64,000 nt of DNA from Lama guanicoe. Lineage: Eukaryota. Shown here one piece after another: positions 13,479 through 28,322 of the stretch. A program made the position numbers and the translations under genes. Below the pieces are notes generated by a model. It made no database searches, was not told the origin of the DNA, and saw only the letters and a list, made by a program, of their open reading frames with translations. How positions within the stretch are numbered: position 1 is the stretch's first letter; each line of letters starts with the position of its first letter. The stretch spans positions 11,421,175-11,485,174 of the forward strand of contig MU056000.1 of assembly GCA_013239625.1 (NCBI GenBank). The letters are read 5' to 3'.

Positions 13479-16304
13479 TGTCCCCAGTAGTGAGGAATAT
13501 GGACAGATACTATTTATCATATAACACTTGACAAAGTCTCTTCCAACATCTCTTCAAATGATGCTATGAGATGATGAAAAAGGGTCAAAGTTAATGTGTG
13601 TCATTTTTAATAATCAGAAATGAGCGTCATACCTGAATGTGGTAAATCAGTACTGAGTTTACGCCGACAAAATAAGCACTGGTGAAGCCAGCGAACTCAC
13701 CATCCAAACAACTACTTTGAATAATCAGTATGTGTAGAAGAGACAACAACAGTGAGCAGCCTGCTGAATTTGAGTTAACCTACTGCATAAAACTTGGCCT
13801 TATTTTTGTTTTAATCCTGACACTCCCTTCATCTAATTGAAAACATAATGATATTGGGCATTCTTTTTCATATTTCTAATGTAACATTAGGCCACAAGGA
13901 GTCAGTTGTTTGTAATGGAGTTATCCAATCATGATCAAAATAGTTTAGGTCAAATACATAATTTTAGAAATTATATTTAAGCGTGTAATTCTATGGGATG
14001 AATTATTATTTCTCTCTACTTTACTTTGCGTTGAAGAGAGAAACTCAAGCTCAATGCATCTACCTGATCAACAGTGGTATGAAGGCATGATCAGACTCGC
14101 ATTTGGGCAGGAGTTCAGCCCATCAGGTAGGGCCAAAGGGAAAGCAAGTTAACACTTGGAAAAGCTAAGTGTTTGTTTAGCGCGAGACTGAAGAGGCCAC
14201 CCAGTCACCATAACAGAGGTGTCAAATGGACATCTGGACTACTTAGTCAGTTTTTGTAATACACAGCTCATAGAGAATATTCTAGTAACAAAAACAAGCC
14301 ATGACAACATTTATATCCCCGGGCAGGTTGGAATATAAGACTTAGACCTAACCACCTGCTGATGGGAGGACAAACAGTAAATGCTGGTGAAAAGGCGTCA
14401 TGAATGGTACAAGAACTACGGTAAGGCTACTGATTGACAGTGGGGACATATAGTGGGGCCCTGACACAGGAAATTGTATTTTCTATAGTGTTTTCTCCTT
14501 ATGGTTTAGATGAGATTTTATCTAAAGCCTCTGGGGGTTACCTCAAAGATTTCTTCCAGGGAGAAGATTCTGCCACGTTCCCAGCAAGCACATATTGAGT
14601 GTGTTATACCCTGATACAGTGTTTAGGAGGTAGAGTTTTGACTGTCATTAACCCTCACAGAGAGGGAGACTCACAGAAGGCTACATGTAGGTTCTGCTCC
14701 AGCACTGTAGCTCAATTCAGCTCTAGCTTTACCATTGGCTTAATGAGAAACTTAAATCAATTTTTTTTAAATTTGTTATTAGAATTGAACAGGTGGGTGT
14801 TCGTTTTTCCATAGGTGATAGTAAGTTGCCTCACAGAAGAGGAGAAAATAAACATTTTAGAACGTTTAATGGCACTGTATGATGTTTCATGTACTGAACC
14901 ATTCGTTTCTGCAAAATAAATTGCTGTACTCTGGAGATGACAGCGTGTGTCTGTTTCAGAAGTAGTTTAAAATTATCAGCATTCTAAAATGTTTTTTCCC
15001 TCTGTTCTGCTTGTCAATACCCTACCATCCTACCTATCTAAGCTACCGTCAAAATGTTAAACTGATGGCCTGAAACTGAGAAGATTATAATCATCTTTAC
15101 CCTTTATTGTATCCTATATCTGGTGAATGTTTAGCACTGAGCATGCATAGTTTGCATAATTGAAATTCTATAAACTATTTACAAATAAAGAAGAAAGACG
15201 TAGATAATTTGAAGGCAAGGAACCTAAGTATTATGTTTAGCATAAAATATATGACATGAGGCATAATTGAAATTCTTAAAGAAAACCCCAAAAAATCATT
15301 GAAAAATCCTTGAAATTTTTCCAGAAAAAAAGAAAAATGTGAAATTAAACTGTAGCAAGGAAGGAAGGAAGGTACTATAATAAGCTGGATGCATTGCATT
15401 TTAGTGGGAGTTTCATTTGCAAACCTTACACCTTAGACATCTCTGATCCTTTGTATTCTGTTGTCTGTAGGAATGCTCGTCCAATTCTGATGCTTACAGC
15501 ATTTTTTTCTTATTTTTAAGCCCAAAGCTAATTTTAAAGTTGGGACTTACAGCTCTGAGCTCAGGGTCAGCTGAGTGGAGTCTACTTTGATCTTAAATGT
15601 TTAGGTCGGAAAGGGAAGAGTTTGCAGGGTGGGGGTATGATACTAAATTTGCCACCTTGTCACCCATTCCTCACTTTAGAAACCTACTCCAAATATGGTG
15701 GATAAACCACTAGTGCACTCTGAGAGCCCGAAGTGGGCAAAATAGCCTCTAAAGTTACCCATCTTGTAGATCCAGCAGTGGGATGGGAAAATTTCACCCA
15801 GTGTGAACAAGTAACCTTTGAGCAGCCTGGTTTTGAGAATCCAGAGTGGCGCGTGCTCCCAGCTCGCCAGACCATGTGCCCACAGGAGAAGAGCTCCTGA
15901 CAGTTCCTGCCTCTTCAGACCCTTTGAAATGCAGGTGACCAGGACAGCTTACTGGGCATCTGTTGTGGTTGACACAAGCAGAAGATCAGTTCTATTCCAA
16001 GGCTATTATTTACTACTTCTCTGCATACCTCAGTAACTCAATCTGAAAATTGGGAAACAAACAAACAAAAAAACCCCTAACTTGCCCACCTTACAGCATT
16101 AAGTCTGAAGAAATATAATATACCTAAAAGTGGTTTATAAACTATAGTGGGCAAATGCAACTTTCCTTAATTTTACACCTTTTGGGGAAGGTCTTCTGAA
16201 TTCAACAAATATATTGGAATCTTCTATGCAATCACCCAGCTTGCTGCTACAAGAGACAAAAAGAAAGACTCCAAGGAGCTGAATCGAAAGCTTTTACACA
16301 TCTC

Positions 16305-16810
16305 ATTTATCTATTCAGTGAATATTTAATGAGCACCTCTACAGTGTGAAGCACTTTTGTAGATGTTAGGAAAACAGTTGTGAAAAGGACAATCAGGGTA
16401 CATATCACCGTGGAGCTTTCAGCCACCTAAGCAGGAAGATAAATGAAAGCCTTAATTAAGATACAAAGCGCTGTGATGGTTTAAATGAGGCATACCCCGC
16501 ATGTTGATGGACCCAGGGAGTAGCTCATGAAGAAGACAGTACTTGAGTCAAGCCTAAAGAAGATTTTCAAGCAACAGCAATATAAATGCACAAGGGAAGA
16601 GGAGGCAACTGGGGTAGGAGAGAGTTTAGATCATGCTCCATGAAACCATGAACAGTCCAGTTTTCTGGAGATGCGGCCACACCGAGGGGCGTATTAGCAG
16701 GCAAGTTTGAAAAATTGTGTTGAAGCCCCAACAAAGCCAGCTCTCCTTAGATGGATAGACCAGAGTCTGCTCTGAATTCAGCAGGCAATGGGGAAGGCAC
16801 TGTAATTGAT
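16305..16810 (-). mobile_element. L2 fragment (degraded)
   Basis: attcagtgaatatttaatgagcacc...ggagctttcag...aggcaatggggaag motifs. Confidence 0.5.
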
Positions 16811-19800
16811 CCAGCCAGAATGGATTAGAGTTGGAAAGAGAATAAAAAGTGTGACACTCATTTTGAGAACATCACACCATTAAATATCTCTCATAAAGTC
16901 ACTTGTGACTCATGCAAATAATAATGAAACACATTGCAAAGCCAGCACGCAAGGGTAATACACTTAGTGTGGATGTGCAGAAAAAAAGAAGAATGTATCT
17001 AGCCAGAGTCTTCTACCCCCATGGACTCCCCACTTGATATATATCATGCTTTCCAAATTTATGAATACAAAGATTTGTCTTTAGCCCTATTTCATATAGC
17101 TATCACATCCAAAGTAGAAACCAGGATTCTACCCATATGCAGAGCATAGACACTCACAGAGGGAATCCAGCACCAGCCAGAATCTCACAGACTAGAACAT
17201 TTATTCACACGGCAACTACCCATCAGCTACTCATTTCTGGTGGAGCCGAAATAACTCAGCCTCTTTCTCCCCGACCACATTGGAAATTCTGCTGATTTCA
17301 GTGAAAACACAGAGGAGAAAGCATAAGCAATAGGAATCTATAAACCCAGCCGTGAGTTTTGGTAGTAGAGGAGTGCCAGCTAGCAGCTGGACGGATAGAC
17401 ACATAATGTTCGTGTGCACGAGAGAGAAAAGAAAAAGAAACAGAGAGAGATTCTATGTATCAGGCAGCATGAGAGAGAAGTGAAATTTGTGCGCTGATTC
17501 TAACGGAATTGCCCTTGGGCACAGATATGTGAAAAATGTCTTTATGGTAACATTTAGATTTTTAGCCTTAAGCTAAAAATGTGTCAGTGGATAAAGCTCT
17601 CCACCTGAAATTGTTTCCACAGACACGTGGATAAAACTCAATATATACTTCTTGGTTCAGCCAATCTATTAACCCTGCAGACGAGCTGAGCTCAGAGCTG
17701 TGTTGTGAATCTGTTCAATATCACATGCATTTCTATGGCCATTTCCTCCGTTTGTATCCCCTTTCAGCTAGCTGGGAAGTCACTTCATTGCACCTGTTCA
17801 TCTTCTGCCAGATGTGTATTTTCTGGCCAGCTACTCCTGTTTCTTATAGGGATTTTATTTGATTTTATTTTTGCCTTCTGTTTTTTGAAGAGGACAGCTG
17901 TTCTTGTTTCTTACAGGGATTTTTTTGGCCTACCTTTTTGAAGAGGGCTGAATAATTCATAGAGCTTTCAAAACTAAGAATATATGCATATATGTGTATT
18001 TCTTATGTATATGTTTATGTATATATATACATGCAGAGACAGAAAAGGAAGTCATCGTCACCACATTCCCAAACTCTAAACATAATCCTTTCTCATACAT
18101 CTGGCCCTCCACCACCATATCAAGGTATGGACTGTACTGTGGAATTGCAAAGAAAGAAAAAGATCTACTTTCCTTGCTGCTTGGGTTTATTGGGTGTGTT
18201 CATGTGGATAAGACATAGATAGACGGACAGACAGACACACACACACATATATATAACATACACATAAACATACTGTCAATCATTACAGTATTTTTAACTT
18301 TTAATGTTCTGAAATACTGTTCTGTTTCAAGGGTTCTGCTGATTGAAATGATAATGTGGAAGATCATTTACACAGGAAAGGAGTTGTAGTTGAGATAAAC
18401 AGATTTGAAAAAGCAACCTTTTATAAGTTTAGAATTTTGGTCTGCATGACTTCAGAAAATAATCCAAGAAACAAAAAAATACAAAAATGCTGGCTTTGCT
18501 CCATCAGTTCTTCAGACACAGGGACCAGGCGTATCAATGTATTAGACAAGCCTGAAAGGGTCATGCCGTGCAGTCAGGCCCAATCAGGAACTATTCAGAG
18601 GCCTGGAAGAGAAACCTGAATTTAAAAAATCAACAAAGGATTGAGAGAAAGAGAAAAATAAAAAAAAAAAACAAAACTCTTAAGGGTCTCCATGCAAATG
18701 GAATTGGTGAGCGACAGAGCTTTTAGTGGGCTTATTTTAAGAATGTTGATGGTAATGATCATCATTACAAGAAAAGAATTTTTAATGCTATTTTAAAGAT
18801 ACTTTTAAGTATCTTCAGGGTCTTTCATGTAGACATTTTCCCCTGGTACTGAACATTATAGAAAAAGAAAGAAAGTATGATATGTGAATTCAAGAGCTAC
18901 TTTCCACTGAGGATGGAAGGATTAAGTGCTATTAGGAGAATTAACTGTGTGGGGTGCTCCTTGGGGGAACCTCGTGTCATCTGTGCCCACAAGAATATAA
19001 TCAGTTCATTCACACTAAGAAATAAATGTGTTTTGCATTCACCTGTTCCAGAGATATCCTCATGTTAACCTGAAGTCACAGGACGGCATCTCTAAGACAA
19101 AACTATTATTGGAGGGAGAAGAGGGAAGTCATCCTCTTCCCGTCCCTAACTTGTAAGCAGAATCCTTTCTCATACAGCTGCTCCTGCACCACCACGTTAA
19201 GATCTGTACTGAAGAACTGCAAAGAAAGGAGAAAATGTTTTTCTACTTTTCTCAGTGCTCTAGTCTTTAAGGTCTGTTCATGGTGCTACCAACAAAGTCA
19301 GTCATGGTAAAGAAAGGACAACAGCTGGGATACTGAGCAAGAGAATCACTTCCCTTGGGTGGGATTTTTTTGTCACCTTCTAAATGAATTACTTGATAAT
19401 TTCCAGAAAACCTATTATTATGGATTCCCTATTGGAGTTAAAGCAACATATGAAAATAAACCAGATGTATAAACTTAGACTCTTTCAAGCAAACGTTGGA
19501 GTGCACCATGCATATTGCCAATCAAATAACAAATGAATCAATAAAACTGAATCCTCTGATTGTAGAAATTAAAGCAGTATGAACTGAAAGTAAACAATTC
19601 AGTTCAAAAAGGAGAAAAGCATTATTACTATAACTTCTGATAATATTTGTCAGTGTGTGTCTCATTGGCCCAATTAGTAGACTTCCAGTTTTCTTTAGAA
19701 CAATTCTACTTCACAATCTGAAGGTAAAGTAGGGGAATAACTTGTGAAAAAGGCTTAATTCAGATTGACTCTTTGGAAGGTAGAGTACTCTGGATTCTTA

Positions 19801-22068
19801 TTGAAACCTAAGTTGTTCTAAAGACTATCAAATAGAAACCTACTTAAAACTACTTAACTTCAAAAACGAAATGAGAAATAGATTGCTTAGCTGCCAATCC
19901 AGAAACAGATTCTTCATTGGCTACCCCGGTTTCTAAAGGCCATATACTTTCACCACCTCAGTTCACTGAATGATGAATGCCCAAAGCCCCAGGTATTTCT
20001 TCTCTTATTGTATTTTTTTAATTAATGAGTCATTTCTTATGATTTCCCCGTAAGATTTTTCTTGAGTGAACCACAGAACATTAGAGCAAGCAAGAATCTG
20101 AAAAAGCCAGAGCTAGATTATATCACTATACTTCACACAGCGCACTGCCCTTTTTAAGTACAACCACGGCGTAGATAGGTCTCCCATCTCTAGATTGACT
20201 TTTTAAACATACTCAGCACAATGTACTGAATACTCAGCCCAGAATGCAAATGATTGTCATTGCATTCTTAATGACTTTTAAGCTGGGTGTGATTGCCACA
20301 TCTTGCTGTATATTGTACAGGTTTATTTTTGCAGGTTAACATCATTCACTTCAGAATGAAAGTGCATAGGGGATTTAGTGGCATTCTTCAACAGTTAACT
20401 TGCTTTGTGCCGAACGTCAAAGGTGATGCAATTATAAGATGACCAGAAAAGTGCGCTTAATTAGAATTCAAAAGCCTTTGATTCCAATCACTCTGCTTCT
20501 CTTTCCTTATCCAGTTTTCCAAAAAGGGAGTGTCCCATGCAGCTGCCTCTCATCTTGTCACTCTGAGTCTTCGCTCAGTGACTACAGAGTACACAGTGAC
20601 AGTTTTATACTGCTTGTCTTGCTTTCACATGGCTGTGCCTTTTTCCCCTTACAGCATATGTTTAATATTTAAGATGGAACAGGATGTTTAAAGTTGTGGT
20701 GTTACCGGTTTGTTTTCCTTAGAAGGCACAGATGCCCCAGCTCGCGGAGTCCCAGAGCGTTCAACGTCCTCGCAGCACAAAGTGCCCGATGTTGTCTCCA
20801 TGTTTACGTAGTTATGATTATCTAAATGGTCTAATGTTTTGAGTCAGCATGTTTTTGCTCTTTGCAGCCATTATGTTGATTGAAGGAAGACGACTGAACA
20901 ATATACAAGGAAGAATTCGATGCTTTGATTAAAAGAAAAAAGTGTCCAGATGACTTGAGGAAACTGGTCCAACTCAGTTTCCCACGTGAAATATACTTCC
21001 ATCTGTTCTTCTAATCCTAAAGTATGGCTTAAGTAGTGATACTGGTATTCACAGTTCGCCCCTGATTGAGCAGCGAGCTTACCCTTTAGGAGAGAACCTG
21101 CTAGCTTTCTTTTTAGGGCCCCACAGAGGTTTCCGGTTGGCTTGTACAACCCAAGAGGCAGTGGCACAATACAGGCCTTTCACCAAGTCCCCTAGATTGG
21201 GAGAAGTCATGGAGCTGTCCTCAGACATCCAACGCCACGTTGCCACTGTCTGTCCTGCAGGGCTGATTCAGTTCTTGCCCCTGTGGTTTCTAGGTGAGCA
21301 CGGCATAGCCTCTCATCGGAGGTGCGGTGATGTTGATGATGAAGGTTTCAAATGGTGGGTCTAGGTGATCGGAGCAGAACAAGCCCTGAAGGAATGAATA
21401 GTGACTTGCCCATTGAATGTCTACGTCAAGAGCATGTCAGCAAAAGTGCTGGGTGAGAAAGACAGTGGTCGCCACTCTGACGACCTCTGGGTTCCTTGCA
21501 GGAATTGCAGCAGGTTGAAGGCCCAGCAAGCCAAATGAGTACATGGAGGAGTAAAGGCCATTTCAAAGTTAATGTTCAACTCAAGGTACAACATTTCAGG
21601 AATAAAAGAGGGGGGAAAATGGGAGCCATCCAAGAAAGGAAAATTTTCTTAAAAGGTCTGATTCTCACTTCTTTAGGTAAAGGATTCTGGCAAATGGTGC
21701 CTACCTGGAGGTCAGTTCCCATCTCCCACCATAGCCTTCCCAGTATTGTGCCCACTGGGTGCAGACTGTTGAATGCAGGAGTTGGGAAGAGGTGGTTTAG
21801 ATGTAAACACCACAAAATCTGGTTAAGGCTCTCCTCTCCCTTTGGCATTCCGGGGCGCTTCCCTCCAGGAAGATCACCACGTTCTTATTTGCCATGGTTT
21901 TATCTTTTTATGGTCTCTGGTCTCTGTGCACATGAAAACAGACTCTCTCTGAGTAGCAACGATTTCTCCTTCCTTCATGTAAAAATAGGCAGGGGGTAGA
22001 AAAATCCAGAATTTATTTAGACATTTGACTTTTTTTTAAACATAATTTTAATTCTTAATTTTGAAAAA

Positions 22069-22198
22069 TAAAGTGGGAGTTCTGGATTTGAAGATACTAA
22101 TTCCTATACATAAAATAGATAAACAGCAAGGTCCTACTGTATTGCCCAGGGAACTGTATTTAATACCTTGTAATAGCCTTTAATGAAAAAGAATATGA

Positions 22199-22229
<31 letters not shown>

Positions 22230-22300
22230 ATTGAATCACTATGCTGTACACCAGAAATTAACACAACATTGTAAGCCAACTATACTTCAATTTAAAAAAA
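22069..22300 (+). mobile_element. L1 3' end with internal (TA)n microsatellite
   Basis: aaaatagataaacagcaaggtcctactgt...aatgaaaaagaatat (TA)n ...gaatcactatgctgtacaccagaaattaacacaacattgtaa...tatacttcaatttaaaaaaa. Confidence 0.9.
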
Positions 22301-22399
22301 ATTTTTAAAGAAACATTAATAGATATTTTTGTGGAATCTCTTTTAAAGGAGATTATAAAACTCTGCAGTATAGCAACTACCTTAGTGTTTGTTTGTTTT

Positions 22400-22424
22400 T
22401 CTCTCTCTCTCTCTCTCTCTCTCT
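22400..22424. repeat. (CT)n microsatellite
   Basis: Read directly. Confidence 0.9.
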
Positions 22425-23437
22425 ACTTCTCATGCAACTCAAATTTTTAAAAACATATTGGAGGTCAGAGTGCCACTAATTCATTCCAAGAAGACCAGCA
22501 CATGGGGCAAGAGAATGTATACTCATATCTGCTCTCCTTTCACAGTCTAGGGATCGGAACCTTGGACAACAGCTTTCTCTTTATGTAGCTTTCAGAAACT
22601 ACACTTCTACAGCCCCTAGAAAGAGAAGGGAAGAATTGGAGAAATAATAGTTATTTTAGGGACCTAAGGTTAAGGTTGACATTGCAAAATACAGCACCCT
22701 TATCATACCCTATGGTAGCTGCTACATTTCAAGGTATGTTAGTACCTCTGAATCTTCATAGATACAGCTTTCAATTGTGCTTATAATTTTAAGTTTCTTC
22801 AGTAAAAAGTCAAAAGACTACTTTAAGCATTATTTTTCTTGGCTACTCTAATTTAAGATGTATTCTTGTCTTTTGACATACTTCTAAGCTTAGAGCCAGA
22901 TTTGTTCATACTAGGTTATCTGATAGTCAAATGTGAATTACAACAGTCCCTTTCTGACATTTTGTGTACTTATTCACAGTGAAAACATACAAAACTTATA
23001 ACCCTGATATGACTACACAATGCTCTTTGTTCCCTACTTTGATTACACAGCAATGGCAAACTCTAAAGAGGGATAAATTATAAACCCTTTGTGGATTTTG
23101 TGGCAAAAACAGAGGCTCTTTGCAATGATTAAGTATTAGATAGATTATGGTTGTGATGGGTTGCTTCTAATTTTATTTCGGTCTTTACACAATTTAAATC
23201 ATAAGAAGAAAAACTATTCCAGGATAAAGAAGAGCTTTGGTCAAAGCTCAAAATGAGTTCCAGGAGTGTAAGATACAAAAAAAGAAAGAGTTATGTTAAT
23301 AACCACACATTTGATATCTTGCACATTAATCTTGGTCAACATGTTCCTAAATTTTTCCTTAAGAAAACAAAATCTCTTTTTCATAACTATTTGACTGTAT
23401 TTATATGGGTTATTTTTTTATAATGAAGAAAAGTGTG

Positions 23438-23461
23438 TACTTTACTTTACTTTACTTTACT
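23438..23461. repeat. (TACTT)n pentanucleotide repeat
   Basis: tactttactttactttactttact read directly. Confidence 0.85.
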
Positions 23462-25095
23462 GGCCAAGGAATATTATTAAAAGTACAAATACCTGACCAT
23501 TTCTTTGTGATATACTTAAGTGTCATAATAGTGGATCACTGAATAGTCAGCTTTTTATCAGTCTCTCAGTATGGCTGAAAGAGCCAAAATGGACCATCTT
23601 GCAAAATGCTGTTTTAATCATCTTTTTATTTCCCTGATCTTTGAAGCAAATGAAGCAATCTTTTAGCTATAAACTATGCATTGTTTGTTCAAAATAACCT
23701 GAAATTAACTCTAAAATAATAAAACATTAAAATTTCTCAAAATCTAAGACTAAGGTGCCATGTTTAATTCATTGTCCTTTTTTAAACCATTTTAAGAGAT
23801 TTGATCTTCTTCTTAACCTAAAGGGACTAACTGATTGCTTGGAAGCCAACCTGCACATAATCTGGCCCAGAACAGGGAATTTTTTTAAGGCACTCCATAC
23901 TGAATGAGCCAGAACAATGCCTACCTCGAGGCTTCTATCTGCTCAACCTCTGAAGAATAAATAGGAATGTTCTTTGCTTTTATTAATTGAATAGAGAGAG
24001 ATTTTAAAACCAAATGAATATATGTCACAACAAAAAATCTTGAGGAAAACCCAAGCCACCAGCCTGGAATATAATGTCAAAGTGCTAACATTTGCTGGGA
24101 AAAAATTAAGTATTTTTAAGTTCAGATCTAAAGTAATGAGAATAAGCAGGGTGGCCCAGCCATGAGAACCTTGGGGACATCTCAGTTTGGGTTGGGGGCA
24201 AGCGCAGGAAACAATCAGAGGACGGGATGGAGGGGATAAATCTTGAGTTACCTCCCAGTCCACGCGTGTCCCCACCCGCACCCTGACCCATGTCACAAGG
24301 TCAAACCATGGCCTCCTGGGGGAAATAAAACTGTAACCTACTGAATATGAAATATCGATATAAATGATGAACCAGAATCTACCATTCTGTTTGCTTTATG
24401 ACTAAGTAGAAGTCTTAAATTTTGGTTAAAAGGAAACTAAAAGTACACGTTGTCCAGAAAAGCTATATTAAATTGAGATAATCTCCAACATATCAAATGT
24501 ATATTCCCTCAGCGACTGGTTCCCAATCCTTCTCCAAAGCATTTTTTTTAATGATCTTGAGATTAAGTGAAAGCTTTCTGCACTGATTAATGCCACGTGT
24601 TATAATTAGGAACTTACTTTTAGATTTGTTTTTTTCAGTCTTTATCCATATGCTAAGAGATAGATCCAATACGTATACACTTCTAGATATCTTCCTAAGA
24701 GAAATATGACCCAGAAATTATGGACTGATTGGGATGTGGGTGAACTGGAAAGTTGATGAAAGGTTCTAACTCTCCAGAAGAATATCATGCAGTTGGTGTG
24801 GAAGGATTTCCCACAAGTATTTCAATTTGCTTGAATTCTACTCTGCAGCTGAATGTCTTTAAGATTATTATTAATTTTCCTTGGAAACGAGGACTTCCTA
24901 AAATAAGTATGAATTAATAACATAGTCCAGAATGAGCCAGCACGTTGAAGTCTTGTCCCCAAAATCCAGGGACCCATTGAAAAGTCGGTCTTTGGGCTGA
25001 GTATTGATTGGGTCTGTTCTTTGGAAGGCATGGCCCTGGGGTCTCTCAAGCAGAGATTATGAACTTGGACTGTAGTAGAAACTCACCATGCAAAT

Positions 25096-25592
25096 TGTTG
25101 ACTGAAATAAATGCACAGCCTAAAAGTTGAGAGTTACGTTTCTTTTGGCAGACATCTCTGAGGACTCGAACCCCTTCGAGCCCCGGATGACAGCCTCTCA
25201 GATTGCTCTGAGGGACTTCTCTGAAGAGGTAGGGGAGGAGCTAGGATATATAGGAGGTTTACAACAAAGACCAGGTAGTTGGAACATTAAAAGATTACTT
25301 GTTAACTGTAGAAAACCAGGCATCTCAAGTTAAAGAATTCAGTGCTTTTCTGTGTATGGGAGGAAGCAAACATTTGGGCTCATTGAATTCATTCCTTTGA
25401 CAAGCACCTAGCCATCTAGGGCCAGTGTCCTGTCCTTTCTTATTCTGAGTCCCCTCAGGGTGCACCATTGTGAGCGGCTGCAGAGGCTGGGCTTCAGGCC
25501 TCTCTTTACTGGGGGCGGTGGCCTCCGCTGAGGACTTGATGGTTTCAGCATTCTTTGGTTACTGATATGGTTTGCAGTATTTTTCATTCACA
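25096..25592 (-). mobile_element. Solo ERV1 LTR (tentatively MER41-like)
   Basis: TG...CA termini, about 497 bp, flanks aaat/agat. Alignable by eye to the second copy at 53997-54455. Confidence 0.75.
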
Positions 25593-26893
25593 AGATGTAT
25601 CCCACGTCACCTTAAGGTGTCCATCCACTCATCAGGCAGCAAAGAGACCTTCAGTGGTAAATAAAACAATATTTAAATGCACTAAGTTCCTTTATTGTTC
25701 CCTTTTCTATTCGGTAATACTGAGAGAAAAAGTGTTTCTGTGCATCATTGGGTCATTGGTTTTCCCAGCCTATGATCATTTAAAATGATAATTGGGACAT
25801 TGTATTTATGAGTTAATATTTAGATAGTACTTAAAACAGTGTCTTGTACATAATAAATGCTTTATATATTTTTTTAAATTAAAAGAAATTGTAAAGAATT
25901 TAAACAAGGGTAGATCGTATTTTCAAATGGCTAAGGGAATTCAGGGATTTGCTTTGCTTTGGAAACATTCTAATTAATTTTTGATATTCTACATGTTCAT
26001 AAGTTCACTGGCGATTTCTCTCTTGGGAGTTGAGTTTGTGAGCTAGACTATCGCTCCCTATGGGACCTGTTTCCTGCTGTGAACTGAAAATTTACATCTC
26101 TTCTTACCAGAAGCTAAATTCAATACTATAACATCTACGGCACTTTGAAAGATGCAGACGTTGGCATTTCGTAACTATTCATGGCGAAATAAGGCAAAAG
26201 CACTATCTGACAATTGAAGACAGAAAATAATTAAGGCTGCCATCCAAAGTGCAATTGGCAGGTTGAAAATTATGGACTGCGAGCCTTTTCATGAAAGCCC
26301 GTGTGTTTTCTTCTCTTGTCAAGAGAAGAACTGGCTCCTTTCCCGAGCTTTGCAAAGCCATCCGTGAGCTCGCTGGAGAGGAGCAAATAAGCAATGCTGC
26401 CTGTCCCCTTCTGTCCGGGAAAAGCCAGCTCTGATGGTTACAGCTGATGTGTTCTGGGAAAAAAGGAAAAACACAAACGCTCCTGTTCCACCTTAGATAA
26501 CTTGAGTTAAACAGAGCAAGTCTTAAAATTGCGGGGCAATGTAGAAATGTTTTTCTTTCTGTGAGTTTTTCATCGTGAGTTTTCATGTTTCATTGTTACT
26601 AGAAGTGAGCAGGGACGTCTGATCTGCACCAGCAGGTATCATGAACAAAGCACCAAGAATCCGGCTCCGAGATACTTCAGGCGGTGTGAGCTGCAAGAGA
26701 TTGTTTTTCTGTGTGCGTGTGTCTTTTTAAACATCTTCGGAGTAGAGTAACATTATTAATCTAAGTGTGTGTACTGCCTCAGCCTAAATTAAGTGGAGGG
26801 GCAAGTGAAAAAAAAAAGACCTAAAACTGAAATGTTGATAAAGCACAGAGCTGTTCCAGCTTGTTCAACTGAAACATCTGGTGGCTCCAAGGG

Positions 26894-27367
26894 CAAGCGG
26901 TCCCCGACTTACGAGTTTTCAATGTTACGATGGTGGGAAAGCGGTACGCAGATTTTAAATTTTGACTTTTCCCAGGCTATCGAGATGCAGTGCCATACTG
27001 ACTCGTGCTGCTGGCAGCCGCAGGGCCTCCAGATCTACTCAGTCACCCACACGATCGTGAAGGGAAACAGCCAATAACGCTTTACAGCCATTCTGTACCC
27101 AGACAACAGTTCTGTTTTCCACTTTCAGTACAATAGTCAGTACATTACATGAGATTTTCAACACTATTACAAGATAGGCTCTGTGTTAGATGGTGCTGCC
27201 CACCTGTAGGCTTATGTAAGTGTTCCGAGCACGTTTAAGGTTGGCTGGGCTAAGTTATGATGTTCAGCAGGTTAGGGGTATTATTAAATGCAATTTCAAC
27301 TTAAGATATTTTCAACTTGAGGTGGGTTTATCTAGATGTAACCCCTTCATAAGTCAAGGAAGATCTA
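26894..27367 (-). mobile_element. MER47/Tigger5-family TcMar MITE
   Basis: Imperfect TIRs (gtccccgacttacga ... tcataagtcaagga). Body ttccactttcagtaca...gtaagtgttccgagcacgtttaagg...ggctaagttatgatgttc matches recalled MER47. Confidence 0.8.
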
Positions 27368-27899
27368 TAGTTCTTATAAATACTGCCAACTACAACCAAA
27401 AGAAAACTGAAAGGGGTTAATTGTGGGACCCGGCAAAGAACATCGCCTTTGGTGCATTAGGTGAACAGTTTCTAGGTGGCCAAATCCAGGTGAGATTCTG
27501 GACTGACTTAAGAAAGGAAGGTAACAGCTCCTGGCCTCAAGGTGCTCCCAGTCCAATGGGTGGAGAGACACTATGTGAAAAGGGCTGTGGTACAGATATA
27601 TAAGATTACAATGGAAACACACTAAAAGTCGTTAAATAATTCAGCCTGGGTGGACCTGGAAAGGCTTGACAGAGAAAGGGACATTTTACCAGGGACTTGA
27701 GCACTGACTGGGAATCTACCAGTTAGGCTGGGGGAAAAGAACTTCTGAGGCAGGAGAGCAACATGGACACGTGCTCTCAGATGTGAATGTAGGGGGTGGG
27801 TCCCCTACACACTCTAAAAAAATTAGACTTTGTTACCTAGGCAGTGCCTAACACAATGCCTGGCACGTAGTAAACGTTCAGCAAAAAATGTGGAAAGAA

Positions 27900-28322
27900 G
27901 TATTTTGGTTTCTGGGGCTGCCTTTCAAAGTACACAAACCAGGTGACTTAACAGAATTTATCTCACAGTTCTGGAGGCCAAAAGTCAAGGTGCTGGCAGG
28001 GATATGGAGAAGGATCCTTTCTTGCCTCTTTCAGCTCTTCGTGACCCCAGGTGTTCCATGGTTTATAGCAGCGTAAGCTCAACTTCTGCCTCCATCCTTG
28101 AACTGCCGTCTTACCTCTGTGTCTTCTCTCCCTGTGTCTCTGTTTTCTCCTCTTATAAGAACACCAGTTATACTGGATCAGGAACCACCCTAATTAAGTA
28201 TGACCACATCTTAACTTGATTACATCTTCAAAAACCTTACTTCCAAATAAGGTCACACTCACAGGTACCAGGAATTAAGACTCCAACATAACTTTGTGGG
28301 GGACACAGTTCGCCCCACAACA
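27900..28322 (-). mobile_element. MLT1C-like MaLR LTR
   Basis: ctcacagttctggaggcc...aaggtgctggcaggg...tcttataagaacaccagt...ttccaaataaggtcaca...gggggacacagttc...caca. Confidence 0.8.

Noticed and set aside
21496..21999. 167-aa ORF in the intron
   Set aside because: Non-ATG start, no recognisable domain, no convincing exon structure; consistent with chance.
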